The position numbers and the translations under genes are program-made. DNA of 50,451 bases from a virus (taxonomy: Duplodnaviria; Caudoviricetes). Below the pieces are notes generated by a model that did not search any database, was not told the origin of the DNA, and was given only the letters and a program-made list of their open reading frames with translations. The stretch lies in the IMG/VR virus record IMGVR_UViG_3300015203_000012, positions 1-50,451 of that record; one strand, given 5' to 3'. Positions 38,322 to 45,711 of the stretch are shown here, piece after piece (position 1 is the first letter of the stretch; each line of letters opens with the position of its first letter).

Positions 38322-39499
38322 ACGTGGGGCATAGAACCGGGCAGGAAACGCCGCCGAGCGAGGAAGCGCTCCTGCCGGTTCTGCTCGAGCGCGTCACGGA
38401 CGTGTCGTCGTTCGCGAAGGCGAAAGACATCTCTCTCCCGCGCGCCGCGGCCACCTACATCATGTTCAAACGCAAGCGCCTCACGGCGGCGTCGGAGCGC
38501 GGCTACCAGACGATCCTGAACGAGTTCTCGAAGCACCACCCCGGCGCCACGCTCGGCGACTTCGAGCCGCCGCGCGGCAACATCCTCATCGAGGACTTCC
38601 TGACCGCACGGTGGGGCGACAGCGCACCTCGCACGTACAACAAAGCCCATTCGGTGCTCTGCGACTTCTTCTCGTGGCATGTCGCCCGCGACACCATGCA
38701 GCGGGACCCGATGGCGACGATCGAACGGGCGAAGGCCAGACCTCCGCGCCGCATCACGTTCTCGAAGGCTCAGGTCGCCGCGATCTTCGCCGCCAACCAT
38801 GAGCCGCACGACCAGATCGCCCTGCGGCTGCTCCTCCACTACGCGATCCGCAAAGGCGCGTTGCGCGGAGTCCAGTTCGACCACTTCGACCACGAGAAGC
38901 GCACCCTCACCGTATTCACCAAGGGCGAGCAGTTCCACACGTTGCCGATCGTCGAAGACCGCATCTGGGAGCTCATCGACGACCTTGGCGAGCCGGGCCA
39001 CCACTACCTGCTCCCGAGACGGCTTCTCCGGAAGCGAATCTCGCCGAGCCGGGCCGAGTTTGCTGCGGCTTCAGACCACCTCGGCGATTTCCTCTTCGCG
39101 CTGACCGAGATCGAGGACACCGCGTGCGCGGCCGAACTCGCGACGCTCCTGGCGCATGCCGAGCGGACTCTGCCGTTGTTGAGCCTGATGGTCGAGGCGG
39201 CGGCGATCCGCGAGCATGTATTTCCGGCCGAGCCGATGGGCGAGCACGGCGCTCACCTCTGGTGGTACCGCTGCCTGTGGCGCGCCGGCGTCGTCGAGCC
39301 CGGCACCACGAGCGGCCGCAAATTGCATTCGGCCAGGCACACCGCGATCCAGGCGGTTCTCGACACGACAGGAAACCTTCGCGCCGCCCAGGCCGTCGCC
39401 GGCCACAAAAACGTCGGCACGACCGGAGACAACTACACCGACTGGACCGAGGGGCAGACCGAGAAGACGCTCCGCGACACGATCGGGGCGTCGTCGTGA
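38318..39499 (+). CDS. tyrosine recombinase 1
   Basis: Catalytic set AIRK, TKG, HSARH, GH, NY; ~60-aa insertion in catalytic domain. Confidence 0.85.
   Translation: MNVGHRTGQETPPSEEALLPVLLERVTDVSSFAKAKDISLPRAAATYIMFKRKRLTAASERGYQTILNEFSKHHPGATLGDFEPPRGNILIEDFLTARWGDSAPRTYNKAHSVLCDFFSWHVARDTMQRDPMATIERAKARPPRRITFSKAQVAAIFAANHEPHDQIALRLLLHYAIRKGALRGVQFDHFDHEKRTLTVFTKGEQFHTLPIVEDRIWELIDDLGEPGHHYLLPRRLLRKRISPSRAEFAAASDHLGDFLFALTEIEDTACAAELATLLAHAERTLPLLSLMVEAAAIREHVFPAEPMGEHGAHLWWYRCLWRAGVVEPGTTSGRKLHSARHTAIQAVLDTTGNLRAAQAVAGHKNVGTTGDNYTDWTEGQTEKTLRDTIGASS
38320..38342 (+). repeat. site A variant (19/23) at start of recombinase 1
   Basis: GAACGTGGGGCATAGAACCGGGC. Confidence 0.8.
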
Positions 39500-39546
39500 C
39501 GGTGCGCGGCGTGATGATGCGGACCCCCAACCTGGAGGTCACACCC

Positions 39547-40617
39547 ATGGCGCGCAAAGCGCAGCTGTCACTCGACCACGCGACCGACCTGTGGCTTGGC
39601 GAGCTCGCCCGCCAAGGCCGCGCCGAAACAACCCGGCGGAAGTACCGCGAGACGCTCGACCCGTTCTGCGCCACCTACGAGCACCTGATGCCCCGAGAGA
39701 TCACCGCCGACCACTGCCGGTCGTTCCTCAACCGGTGGTCGAACCATTCGAAATCGACTCTCGCTCTCCACGTGACCGTGTTGCGGGGCTTCTTCCGGTT
39801 CCTCTACAACGAGGAAGTGATCGACCGCAACCCGGCCGAGAAGCTGCAGCGGCCGCGGAGGCTCAGGCCCGAGGACGTCGACGTCGTCTCGGTCTCGAGC
39901 AACGACGTCCGCCGGATGTTCGACGCGGTCGCGACCTGGCAGGAATTGATCTGCCTTTCGGTCCTGCTCTACCTCGGCGTTCGCCGCCGCGCTGCGTCTT
40001 CAGCCCGCCGGCGGGATCTCGACTTCGAGCAAGGGACGATCCGGTTTCGTGAGAAGGGCGGCAAGGCGATCGTGAAGCCGATGCCCGACGAGCTCGCCGC
40101 GATCCTCCGTGCCGCCGACGAGCACGGCGTGTGGTCGACCCCGGACGACTACCTGATCCCCAACCGGAAGCCGTGGCTCGTGCGCGCAGGCGCCGAGCGG
40201 GGCCACAAGGTGATCTACGAAACGGTGATCAAGGTCGCCCAGCGCGCCGGCGTTCGCTCGCACGTGCACGCGCTCCGGGCGGCGTTCGCGGTGCAGTTCG
40301 ACGAGGCGCACCCCGACCAGGTGGTCGCACTCAAGGAACTGCTCGGCCACTCCCGCATCGAGACGACCATGACGTACCTGCGCCGCAAGGACAAAGCCCG
40401 TGCGATGGAGACGGTACGTGACCTCTCGTGGGGCTCATCCGTGTTTCCGGCGAACACCGCAGTACCCCCAACGGGATTCGAACCCGTGTTGGGAGCCGAC
40501 GCTGACGGCAACAGGGATTCGCCGGCAGCAGAGACTGTAGACGTTCCGGCGGCGCTTCAGGCGAAGCTGCGTGAGCTCTCGCTCGCGGCGAAACACAGGG
40601 GGCGCGTCGAGCAGTGA
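39547..40617 (+). CDS. int: tyrosine recombinase 2 (integrase, contains attP)
   Basis: GGAGG RBS; GVRR, EKGG, HALR, LLGH, TTMTY. Confidence 0.9.
   Translation: MARKAQLSLDHATDLWLGELARQGRAETTRRKYRETLDPFCATYEHLMPREITADHCRSFLNRWSNHSKSTLALHVTVLRGFFRFLYNEEVIDRNPAEKLQRPRRLRPEDVDVVSVSSNDVRRMFDAVATWQELICLSVLLYLGVRRRAASSARRRDLDFEQGTIRFREKGGKAIVKPMPDELAAILRAADEHGVWSTPDDYLIPNRKPWLVRAGAERGHKVIYETVIKVAQRAGVRSHVHALRAAFAVQFDEAHPDQVVALKELLGHSRIETTMTYLRRKDKARAMETVRDLSWGSSVFPANTAVPPTGFEPVLGADADGNRDSPAAETVDVPAALQAKLRELSLAAKHRGRVEQ
40462..40490 (-). other. attP core = 3' half of a tRNA (likely Glu)
   Basis: Minus strand AACACGGGTTCGAATCCCGTTGGGGGTAC: T-arm plus acceptor strand. Confidence 0.8.
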
Positions 40618-40775
40618 TCGTCGTGGCCGACCTGTTGCGCGAGAAGGCGAAGCTCTACGAGCTGAACGCTCTCGCGAACCGCGACGCCGGCCAGACCACA
40701 GCGGCGACCGCCTTCTCGACGATCGCGATCGTGCTCTACGAGATCGCCGAGGCGCTCGAACAGGAAGCCGCATGA
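40614..40775 (+). CDS. small helical protein, 53 aa (not in ORF track)
   Basis: GTGA overlap with int; ends EQEAA. Confidence 0.55.
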   Translation: MIVVADLLREKAKLYELNALANRDAGQTTAATAFSTIAIVLYEIAEALEQEAA

Positions 40776-40842
40776 CGGACAGCACGTCTGATCGCCAGCT
40801 GCTTGCACAGCTGAGGCCATGTTCCCCACGGAGAGGTGACTC

Positions 40843-41367
40843 ATCCGCCTGCTACTCGCCACGGCCCTCGCGGCCCTCGTCGTCGTCCCCTCATCGCTCG
40901 CTGCGAGCGCGCACGTGTTGAAGCAGCGCGAGCACCGGCAGGTCAGATCGTTGCACCGGTACGTCGGCACGCTCCGGTTCTTCCGCCACCACGAGCGGCA
41001 GGCCCGGTCGCGGATCGGCCGTCGCGAGGTGCGCCGGGCGCGCAGGTGGATCGTCGTGATCCGCCGCGAGATCGCCGAGACGCGGGGGCAGCTTCGTCCG
41101 CGTCGGCCGCTCTTCGATCGTGGTTGGCTCGCCGAGGCGACGTGCATCCATGAGCACGAGGGCGCCTGGAACGCGAACACCGGCAACGGTTACTTCGGCG
41201 GCATGCAGTTCCTGCCGTCGACCTACAGGTCGGTCGGCGGCCGTGCCGATGGTCGCGCTGATCTCGACTCGCCACAGGAGCAGCTCAGGAGGGCTCACAT
41301 GGTTTGGGCGCGCGACGGCGGTTCGTTTCGGGAATGGGGAACCGCTGGGATGTGCGGGCTCGCGTGA
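40843..41367 (+). CDS. secreted Rpf-like lytic transglycosylase; probable ATC start
   Basis: CI..HEG.W.ANTGNGYFGGMQF..ST...G...AD..SP.EQ; signal peptide upstream of GTG 40915. Confidence 0.85.
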   Translation: MRLLLATALAALVVVPSSLAASAHVLKQREHRQVRSLHRYVGTLRFFRHHERQARSRIGRREVRRARRWIVVIRREIAETRGQLRPRRPLFDRGWLAEATCIHEHEGAWNANTGNGYFGGMQFLPSTYRSVGGRADGRADLDSPQEQLRRAHMVWARDGGSFREWGTAGMCGLA

Positions 41368-41675
41368 TCCCGACGATCACATGGACGTTGCCGAGACCTC
41401 CGAGGTCGAAGTACCGGGGCGGCTTCCCGTTGTTCTTCGAGCAGAACCTTGTTCAGTTGCTCTTCTCTCGGGAGGCGGTACGTGTGCTTCGCCCGGGCGG
41501 CTGGCTGTGTGTCTACACCGATCGTGAGCCACGCAGGCCACCGCGCTGCAACCACACGATGCGGATCGTCGTTGTTCTGCGTCCCGGCCATTCGCCGCGG
41601 GTCTGCATGGTGTTCCAGAAGCGCAAGCCCGGGATGCCGCATTACGGGTCTGAGCCGGGCGAGGTTGTGGCGTGA
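41364..41675 (+). pseudogene. possible internally deleted methyltransferase-like gene
   Basis: Y.GGFP N-terminus joined directly to EAVRVLRPGG; no SAM-binding or DPPY segment. Confidence 0.4.
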
Positions 41676-42640
41676 CGGCGGCTGCGTTCGAGGCGAACCT
41701 GATCGACTACCGGCACTCCGTCGTGCAGGCGAACAAGCGCGCGGATGCGGGCGACGAGTCGTTGGAGATCTGCGCGTGGTGCATGTGCGAGATCGACCTG
41801 GATCCGCAGCCGCATCGGCCGGAGTGCCCGGGGATAGGCCAGCCACGCGCGACGTCGGAGCCTGTCCTCGCGAACGTCGGGCCGCTCAGTCATTCGCCGG
41901 CGCCGCGGCGTGCCGCGGTCGACGGGCTGGATGCGTTGGAGCGGATGGACGCCGGTCTGCCACAGGAGCCCGACCTCGACGACGAAGAGGACGACCCGGA
42001 CGACGACTTGGGGGAGCGGGAACCACAGGCAGCCGACCCTGCCTCGGCGCCGGCGATTGAACCGCCAGCACCGTCCCGCTCCTCGAGCACCATCCGTGGT
42101 CGCGTACCGGCGTGGACGAGAGAGGCCGCGATCGCCGCTGTGCAAGCGTTCGCGGCCGAGCACGGCCACCCGCCGTCGCACGCAGACCTAGCCGGCAATC
42201 CCCTTCTCCCGTCTGCGCCGACCGCGAAGCGCCTCTTCGGCGGTCCGTTCAGCGACCTGATCGTCGCTGCCGGCTTCCGGCGCCCGGGCAGAGGTACCCG
42301 CTACAAGGATTCGTCCAGCGAACGTGCTGCGAGCCAGTCGTCGGAGAGGGGCCTCGCTCGCCTACACGACGACGGTGGACTGGACGACGAGCAGCCGGCG
42401 ATGGGGGCACGCACGCCGGAAGCGACCGCCGACGGGACGGGGGAGCCGGAACCCGGGCCGGCTCCCGATCCCGCCCAGCCTTTGGGTGAAGCCCCCCCCT
42501 GTGGACTGACCCTCGACGAGCTCGCTGCTGCCGGCAACGCGATGGAAGCGATCGCTTCGAGGCTGCAGCATCTCGAGCGTCCGTCACGCCGCAACGTCTG
42601 GGACTTCATCCGGCCGCTGATCGACGAGGCGCTCGCATGA
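41672..42640 (+). CDS. low-complexity protein with homing-endonuclease-associated repeat
   Basis: WTRE..I.A...F..EHG.PPS..D...PS......FG......AAG. Confidence 0.6.
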   Translation: MTAAAFEANLIDYRHSVVQANKRADAGDESLEICAWCMCEIDLDPQPHRPECPGIGQPRATSEPVLANVGPLSHSPAPRRAAVDGLDALERMDAGLPQEPDLDDEEDDPDDDLGEREPQAADPASAPAIEPPAPSRSSSTIRGRVPAWTREAAIAAVQAFAAEHGHPPSHADLAGNPLLPSAPTAKRLFGGPFSDLIVAAGFRRPGRGTRYKDSSSERAASQSSERGLARLHDDGGLDDEQPAMGARTPEATADGTGEPEPGPAPDPAQPLGEAPPCGLTLDELAAAGNAMEAIASRLQHLERPSRRNVWDFIRPLIDEALA

Positions 42641-43203
42641 TCGATCTCTTCCGGGTCTATGAGGATGTCGGCGCTGACGGCTACCCGACCGAGTGGCACG
42701 ACACGATCAAGCACGTCGTGCGCGAAGCAGCAGGGCACCGCTGCGTCCGCTGCGGGCATCCCTACACGAAGGGGATGGGCGAATGGTCGCCATGTGACGA
42801 GCGCTGCCGCCATCACGACAACGGCCCGATCCGCGTCATGCAGGCAGGTGAGCTCGTCGGCCACTGCGAGGCCTACAACGGCGGACTCGACGTCGCACGC
42901 GCAGGCTGGGACGAGATCCCCGACGCGATCCTGGAGGCGCAGTGGCGGATCCTCACCGTCCACCATCTGAACGGCGACAAGGCCGACTGCCGCTGGTGGA
43001 ACCTCGCGAGCCTCTGCCAGCGCTGCCATCTGCGCGTCCAACGCGTCGTCGTGATGGAGCGCATCTGGCCGTGGGAGCACTCGGACTGGTTCAAGGTGCA
43101 CGCCGCCGGCTGGTACGCCCACGCCTACCTCGGCGAGAACATCAGCCGCGAGGAGGCGCTCGAGCGGCTCGACGAGCTGCTGGCGTTGGAGCGTGCGGCG
43201 TGA
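42637..43203 (+). CDS. HNH-family protein
   Basis: RC.RCG...LTVHHLNGDK.DC...NL..LCQRCH. Confidence 0.8.
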   Translation: MIDLFRVYEDVGADGYPTEWHDTIKHVVREAAGHRCVRCGHPYTKGMGEWSPCDERCRHHDNGPIRVMQAGELVGHCEAYNGGLDVARAGWDEIPDAILEAQWRILTVHHLNGDKADCRWWNLASLCQRCHLRVQRVVVMERIWPWEHSDWFKVHAAGWYAHAYLGENISREEALERLDELLALERAA

Positions 43204-43433
43204 CCGCGGATCCGCATCCGCTCGCGCGAACCGCCGAGATCGTGATGGCCCGCGACCCGCTCAACGAGCTGCTCGTCGCGTGCGCCGGCTGCGGCCAGCA
43301 GGTGCTCGTGTGCGGCTACGTGACCGACCTGCCTGCCCCGCACCGGTGCATCGAGTGTCGCGGCCCTGGGAAGCGTCCCGGCGGTGCTGCAGAGGCTATG
43401 CAGGCCGCCCGGAAGGCCGCGGGTGTCGCGTGA
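43200..43433 (+). CDS. small Zn-finger protein
   Basis: CAGC...CIEC. Confidence 0.55.
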   Translation: MTADPHPLARTAEIVMARDPLNELLVACAGCGQQVLVCGYVTDLPAPHRCIECRGPGKRPGGAAEAMQAARKAAGVA

Positions 43434-43585
43434 CATCAGGTGACTTGATCTATGTCCTGTCCGGCGGTACGGTCGTGAGCGTGCAGCCTCACCTCTCGTC
43501 GTCTCGGAGCCCGCGCCTGCAGCGGAGGCTGCACACCATCTCTGCGGGAGCGGACTCGGAAACGACTGAAGGAGGCTCGCTGTGA
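43430..43585 (+). CDS. small hypothetical protein
   Basis: Coupled overlaps. Confidence 0.4.
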   Translation: MTSGDLIYVLSGGTVVSVQPHLSSSRSPRLQRRLHTISAGADSETTEGGSL

Positions 43586-43607
43586 CGGACGCAACACGGT
43601 CGCTGTT
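43582..43607 (+). repeat. module-start motif B, copy 3
   Basis: GTGACGGACGCAACACGGTCGCTGTT. Confidence 0.5.
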
Positions 43608-43785
43608 CTCGGCCCGCCGTGTGGTGGAGCATCTGGACGAGATCCGGGCGACTTTGTCCGATCTCAAGCTTGCCGCTAACGACGAATCAGTGCGCTCGAT
43701 CGTCCAAGAGGCACAGGATGCCGTCGCACTCGCGGCCGACCAGATTGAGGCGATGCTCGCTCGATTTGCGAGTGAGGCGCTGTGA
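43582..43785 (+). CDS. small helical protein starting with motif B
   Basis: AAGGAGG RBS. Confidence 0.65.
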   Translation: MTDATRSLFSARRVVEHLDEIRATLSDLKLAANDESVRSIVQEAQDAVALAADQIEAMLARFASEAL

Positions 43786-43997
43786 AACTCCCAGAGGTTC
43801 ACATCTGGCGCAGCAAGTACGGCCGTGTCGAACGCGTCGAGTTCCGCGACGGCCCTGAGCGAATGGAGATGCGGGTCTGGCGCATCGTAAGTTCGTACGA
43901 CGCGAATGACGGGGTTCCGCGCGTTGAGTTCGCGGTGATCGCAAAGCCCATCTACCACGACATCGAGGACGAGGACGATGGCGATGGCGATGACTGA
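43782..43997 (+). CDS. small hypothetical protein; stop supplied by site A
   Basis: Coupled overlaps. Confidence 0.6.
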   Translation: MKLPEVHIWRSKYGRVERVEFRDGPERMEMRVWRIVSSYDANDGVPRVEFAVIAKPIYHDIEDEDDGDGDD

Positions 43998-44196
43998 CGT
44001 AGGGCATGGAACCGGGCTGGGTGCTGAGGTCGTGGCGAAGCTTCGCGAGGCGGACGACGCTACATCCGTCGTTCACGACTACCTGTGCGGTCTGAACGAG
44101 GTCTCACCGTCGGACTGCGAAGCCGCAATCTGGCAGATCCACAACACGCTCAGGCCGCTGATCGACCCGAGTGGCGAGGAGTGGATTCGTGTCTGA
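43990..44196 (+). CDS. cassette-like ORF (MTDVGHGTG...)
   Basis: Bounded by two perfect A sites. Confidence 0.65.
   Translation: MTDVGHGTGLGAEVVAKLREADDATSVVHDYLCGLNEVSPSDCEAAIWQIHNTLRPLIDPSGEEWIRV
43995..44017 (+). repeat. site A, consensus copy
   Basis: 23/23. Confidence 0.9.
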
Positions 44197-44401
44197 CGTA
44201 GGGCATGGAACCGGGCCGCGCATCGCGCTCTGGCAGGACGTGTTCCAGAAGCCGCACTGGGTTCTCCAGGTTGGCCGTCTGCTCGTTCACTACTACGGCA
44301 AGCCTCGCCTCAAGCCGTTCTACTTTCGACGGCTCAGCAAGGGCGACACGCTGAATCTGCCGGACGACGAGCCTGAGTTTCGGATGGTGTTCGGTGTCTG
44401 A
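44189..44401 (+). CDS. cassette-like ORF (MSDVGHGTG...)
   Basis: GAGGAG RBS; bounded by A sites. Confidence 0.6.
   Translation: MSDVGHGTGPRIALWQDVFQKPHWVLQVGRLLVHYYGKPRLKPFYFRRLSKGDTLNLPDDEPEFRMVFGV
44194..44216 (+). repeat. site A, consensus copy
   Basis: 23/23. Confidence 0.9.
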
Positions 44402-44594
44402 TCGCGGAACGGAAACCGGGCCTTCAGACGGTCTGTTCTTCCTCCAGAGGCTCACGGAGAAGAAGGGCAAGCACTACCTCATCTGGCACGAATACATGAC
44501 TGCCGAGGCTCGCGAGCGGTGGGCCGCGAAGTACCGCGAGCGCGGCGACAAAGTGACCTTCGTCGGAGACGGCACGGGAGGCATCTATGTCTGA
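44394..44594 (+). CDS. cassette-like ORF (MSDRGTETG...)
   Basis: Bounded by A-site variants. Confidence 0.6.
   Translation: MSDRGTETGPSDGLFFLQRLTEKKGKHYLIWHEYMTAEARERWAAKYRERGDKVTFVGDGTGGIYV
44399..44421 (+). repeat. site A variant (14/23)
   Basis: TGATCGCGGAACGGAAACCGGGC; same junction geometry. Confidence 0.65.
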
Positions 44595-44802
44595 TCGAGG
44601 GCATGGAACCGGGCACCCCAAATCTTCGTCGGAAGCGGTAACTGGCACAGCCAGTCCCGCGCAGGGAAACCGGAGCGCGGTGAGATCAGCCGCTTCCGAC
44701 GAAGGAACTAGAACCGGGCAAGGATCAGGCTCGCTGTTCCAGGGCGCTGAAACGCCTGGAAATCCGCAGATTGTGACACGGAAGGAGGATGCATGGGCCT
44801 GA
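44587..44802 (+). CDS. ORF made largely of stacked repeat remnants
   Basis: SDRGHGTG...SEAVTG...SDEGTRTG...GSLF. Confidence 0.35.
   Translation: MSDRGHGTGHPKSSSEAVTGTASPAQGNRSAVRSAASDEGTRTGQGSGSLFQGAETPGNPQIVTRKEDAWA
44592..44614 (+). repeat. site A variant (20/23)
   Basis: TGATCGAGGGCATGGAACCGGGC. Confidence 0.85.
44697..44719 (+). repeat. site A variant (17/23)
   Basis: CGACGAAGGAACTAGAACCGGGC. Confidence 0.7.
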
Positions 44803-45167
44803 CCACCGACCCGAACGATCCGAGGCTCGGCCACGGTGTGGATGATGAGCCACTACAGGGCCAGCACGACGTCTACCTCGTCCTGAGCGACGAGGAGCGC
44901 GCGAAAGGTTTTGTGCGCCCGGTGCGCCGCTCCTACGTCCATCGGTTCATGCTCGACGGGAGCGCCCTTCCGGTTGTCCTGACGAGCTTGAACGGCGTCG
45001 GAGGATGCGGCGCGCTGACGACGATGGCGCAGGCCATCGCCGAGACATACGCCCGCAACCCGGCCTTTTACGGCTCGACGTGGTGCGTGGGGTGCAACAA
45101 GCACTTGCCGGTCGGCGCTGATGGCGAGTTCGTGTGGGATGGCACCGACGAGAAGGTGGGCACGTGA
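44793..45167 (+). CDS. phage hypothetical protein (Cys/His motifs)
   Basis: YLVLS.EERAKGFVRPVRRSY.H...CG..T.M...IAETYAR.P.FYGST.C..C. Confidence 0.75.
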   Translation: MGLTTDPNDPRLGHGVDDEPLQGQHDVYLVLSDEERAKGFVRPVRRSYVHRFMLDGSALPVVLTSLNGVGGCGALTTMAQAIAETYARNPAFYGSTWCVGCNKHLPVGADGEFVWDGTDEKVGT

Positions 45168-45412
45168 GCACGCGCTGCGTTGCCTATATGCGGCCGTTCC
45201 CGAACCCGACCGAGATTCGCTGCGGCCTTGAGCAAGGCCACCCCGACGAGTTGCACAAAGGCGAAGTACGCGACTACGCCTACCCCGGCTCCAAGACGGT
45301 GATGACCTGGGCTGACAGCGACCGCCGCACCTACCACGGAGAGTGGCCCGGGCCGTGTGACTCTGCGAGATGCATCTTGCCGCTCGGTCACCACGGGAGT
45401 CACGCGACGTGA
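45164..45412 (+). CDS. small Cys/His protein
   Basis: C.L..GH twice. Confidence 0.6.
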   Translation: MSTRCVAYMRPFPNPTEIRCGLEQGHPDELHKGEVRDYAYPGSKTVMTWADSDRRTYHGEWPGPCDSARCILPLGHHGSHAT

Positions 45413-45669
45413 TCGACTTTGTGCAGCCCGGTGGCGGGCATGGAGCCGGGCCTAGCCGTTGCACTGATCCGTGCTGGACGCCGCTTGATTGTCCTGATTG
45501 CGGTCGCCGGATGAACCCTCGTGGCCGCAGCGCCCCGTTGGAGATCGTGTGCCTCCGTGAGCCGTGTCCGGCCGACGACCCGAACGTGAATCCACGGCAT
45601 CTGTGGAGCGCGACCGACGATGAGCGGTGGCGGTTTTACCCGGACGAGAGGCCCGTCGATGAAGACTGA
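45409..45669 (+). CDS. small Cys-rich protein; stop supplied by site A
   Basis: CPDCG...PRGRSAP. Confidence 0.6.
   Translation: MIDFVQPGGGHGAGPSRCTDPCWTPLDCPDCGRRMNPRGRSAPLEIVCLREPCPADDPNVNPRHLWSATDDERWRFYPDERPVDED
45429..45451 (+). repeat. site A variant with degenerate left arm (17/23)
   Basis: CGGTGGCGGGCATGGAGCCGGGC. Confidence 0.55.
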
Positions 45670-45689
45670 CGTAGGAACGGTAACCGGGC
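45667..45689 (+). repeat. site A variant with alternative spacer (18/23)
   Basis: TGACGTAG-GAACGG-TAACCGGGC. Confidence 0.85.
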
Positions 45690-45711
45690 CCTCTGGGCGG
45701 TCGTTGGTCTA

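Noticed and set aside
40462-40490. tRNA gene
   Set aside because: Only the T-arm and acceptor 3' strand are present; no D or anticodon arm
40772-40921. ORF MTDSTSDRQ...
   Set aside because: Ser/Pro/Arg-rich and overlaps the better-supported Rpf signal-peptide frame
43995-44719. CRISPR array
   Set aside because: Spacers are ~170-180 bp genes, repeats are dispersed genome-wide, and there is no cas operon; the Cas4-like gene is paired with recT
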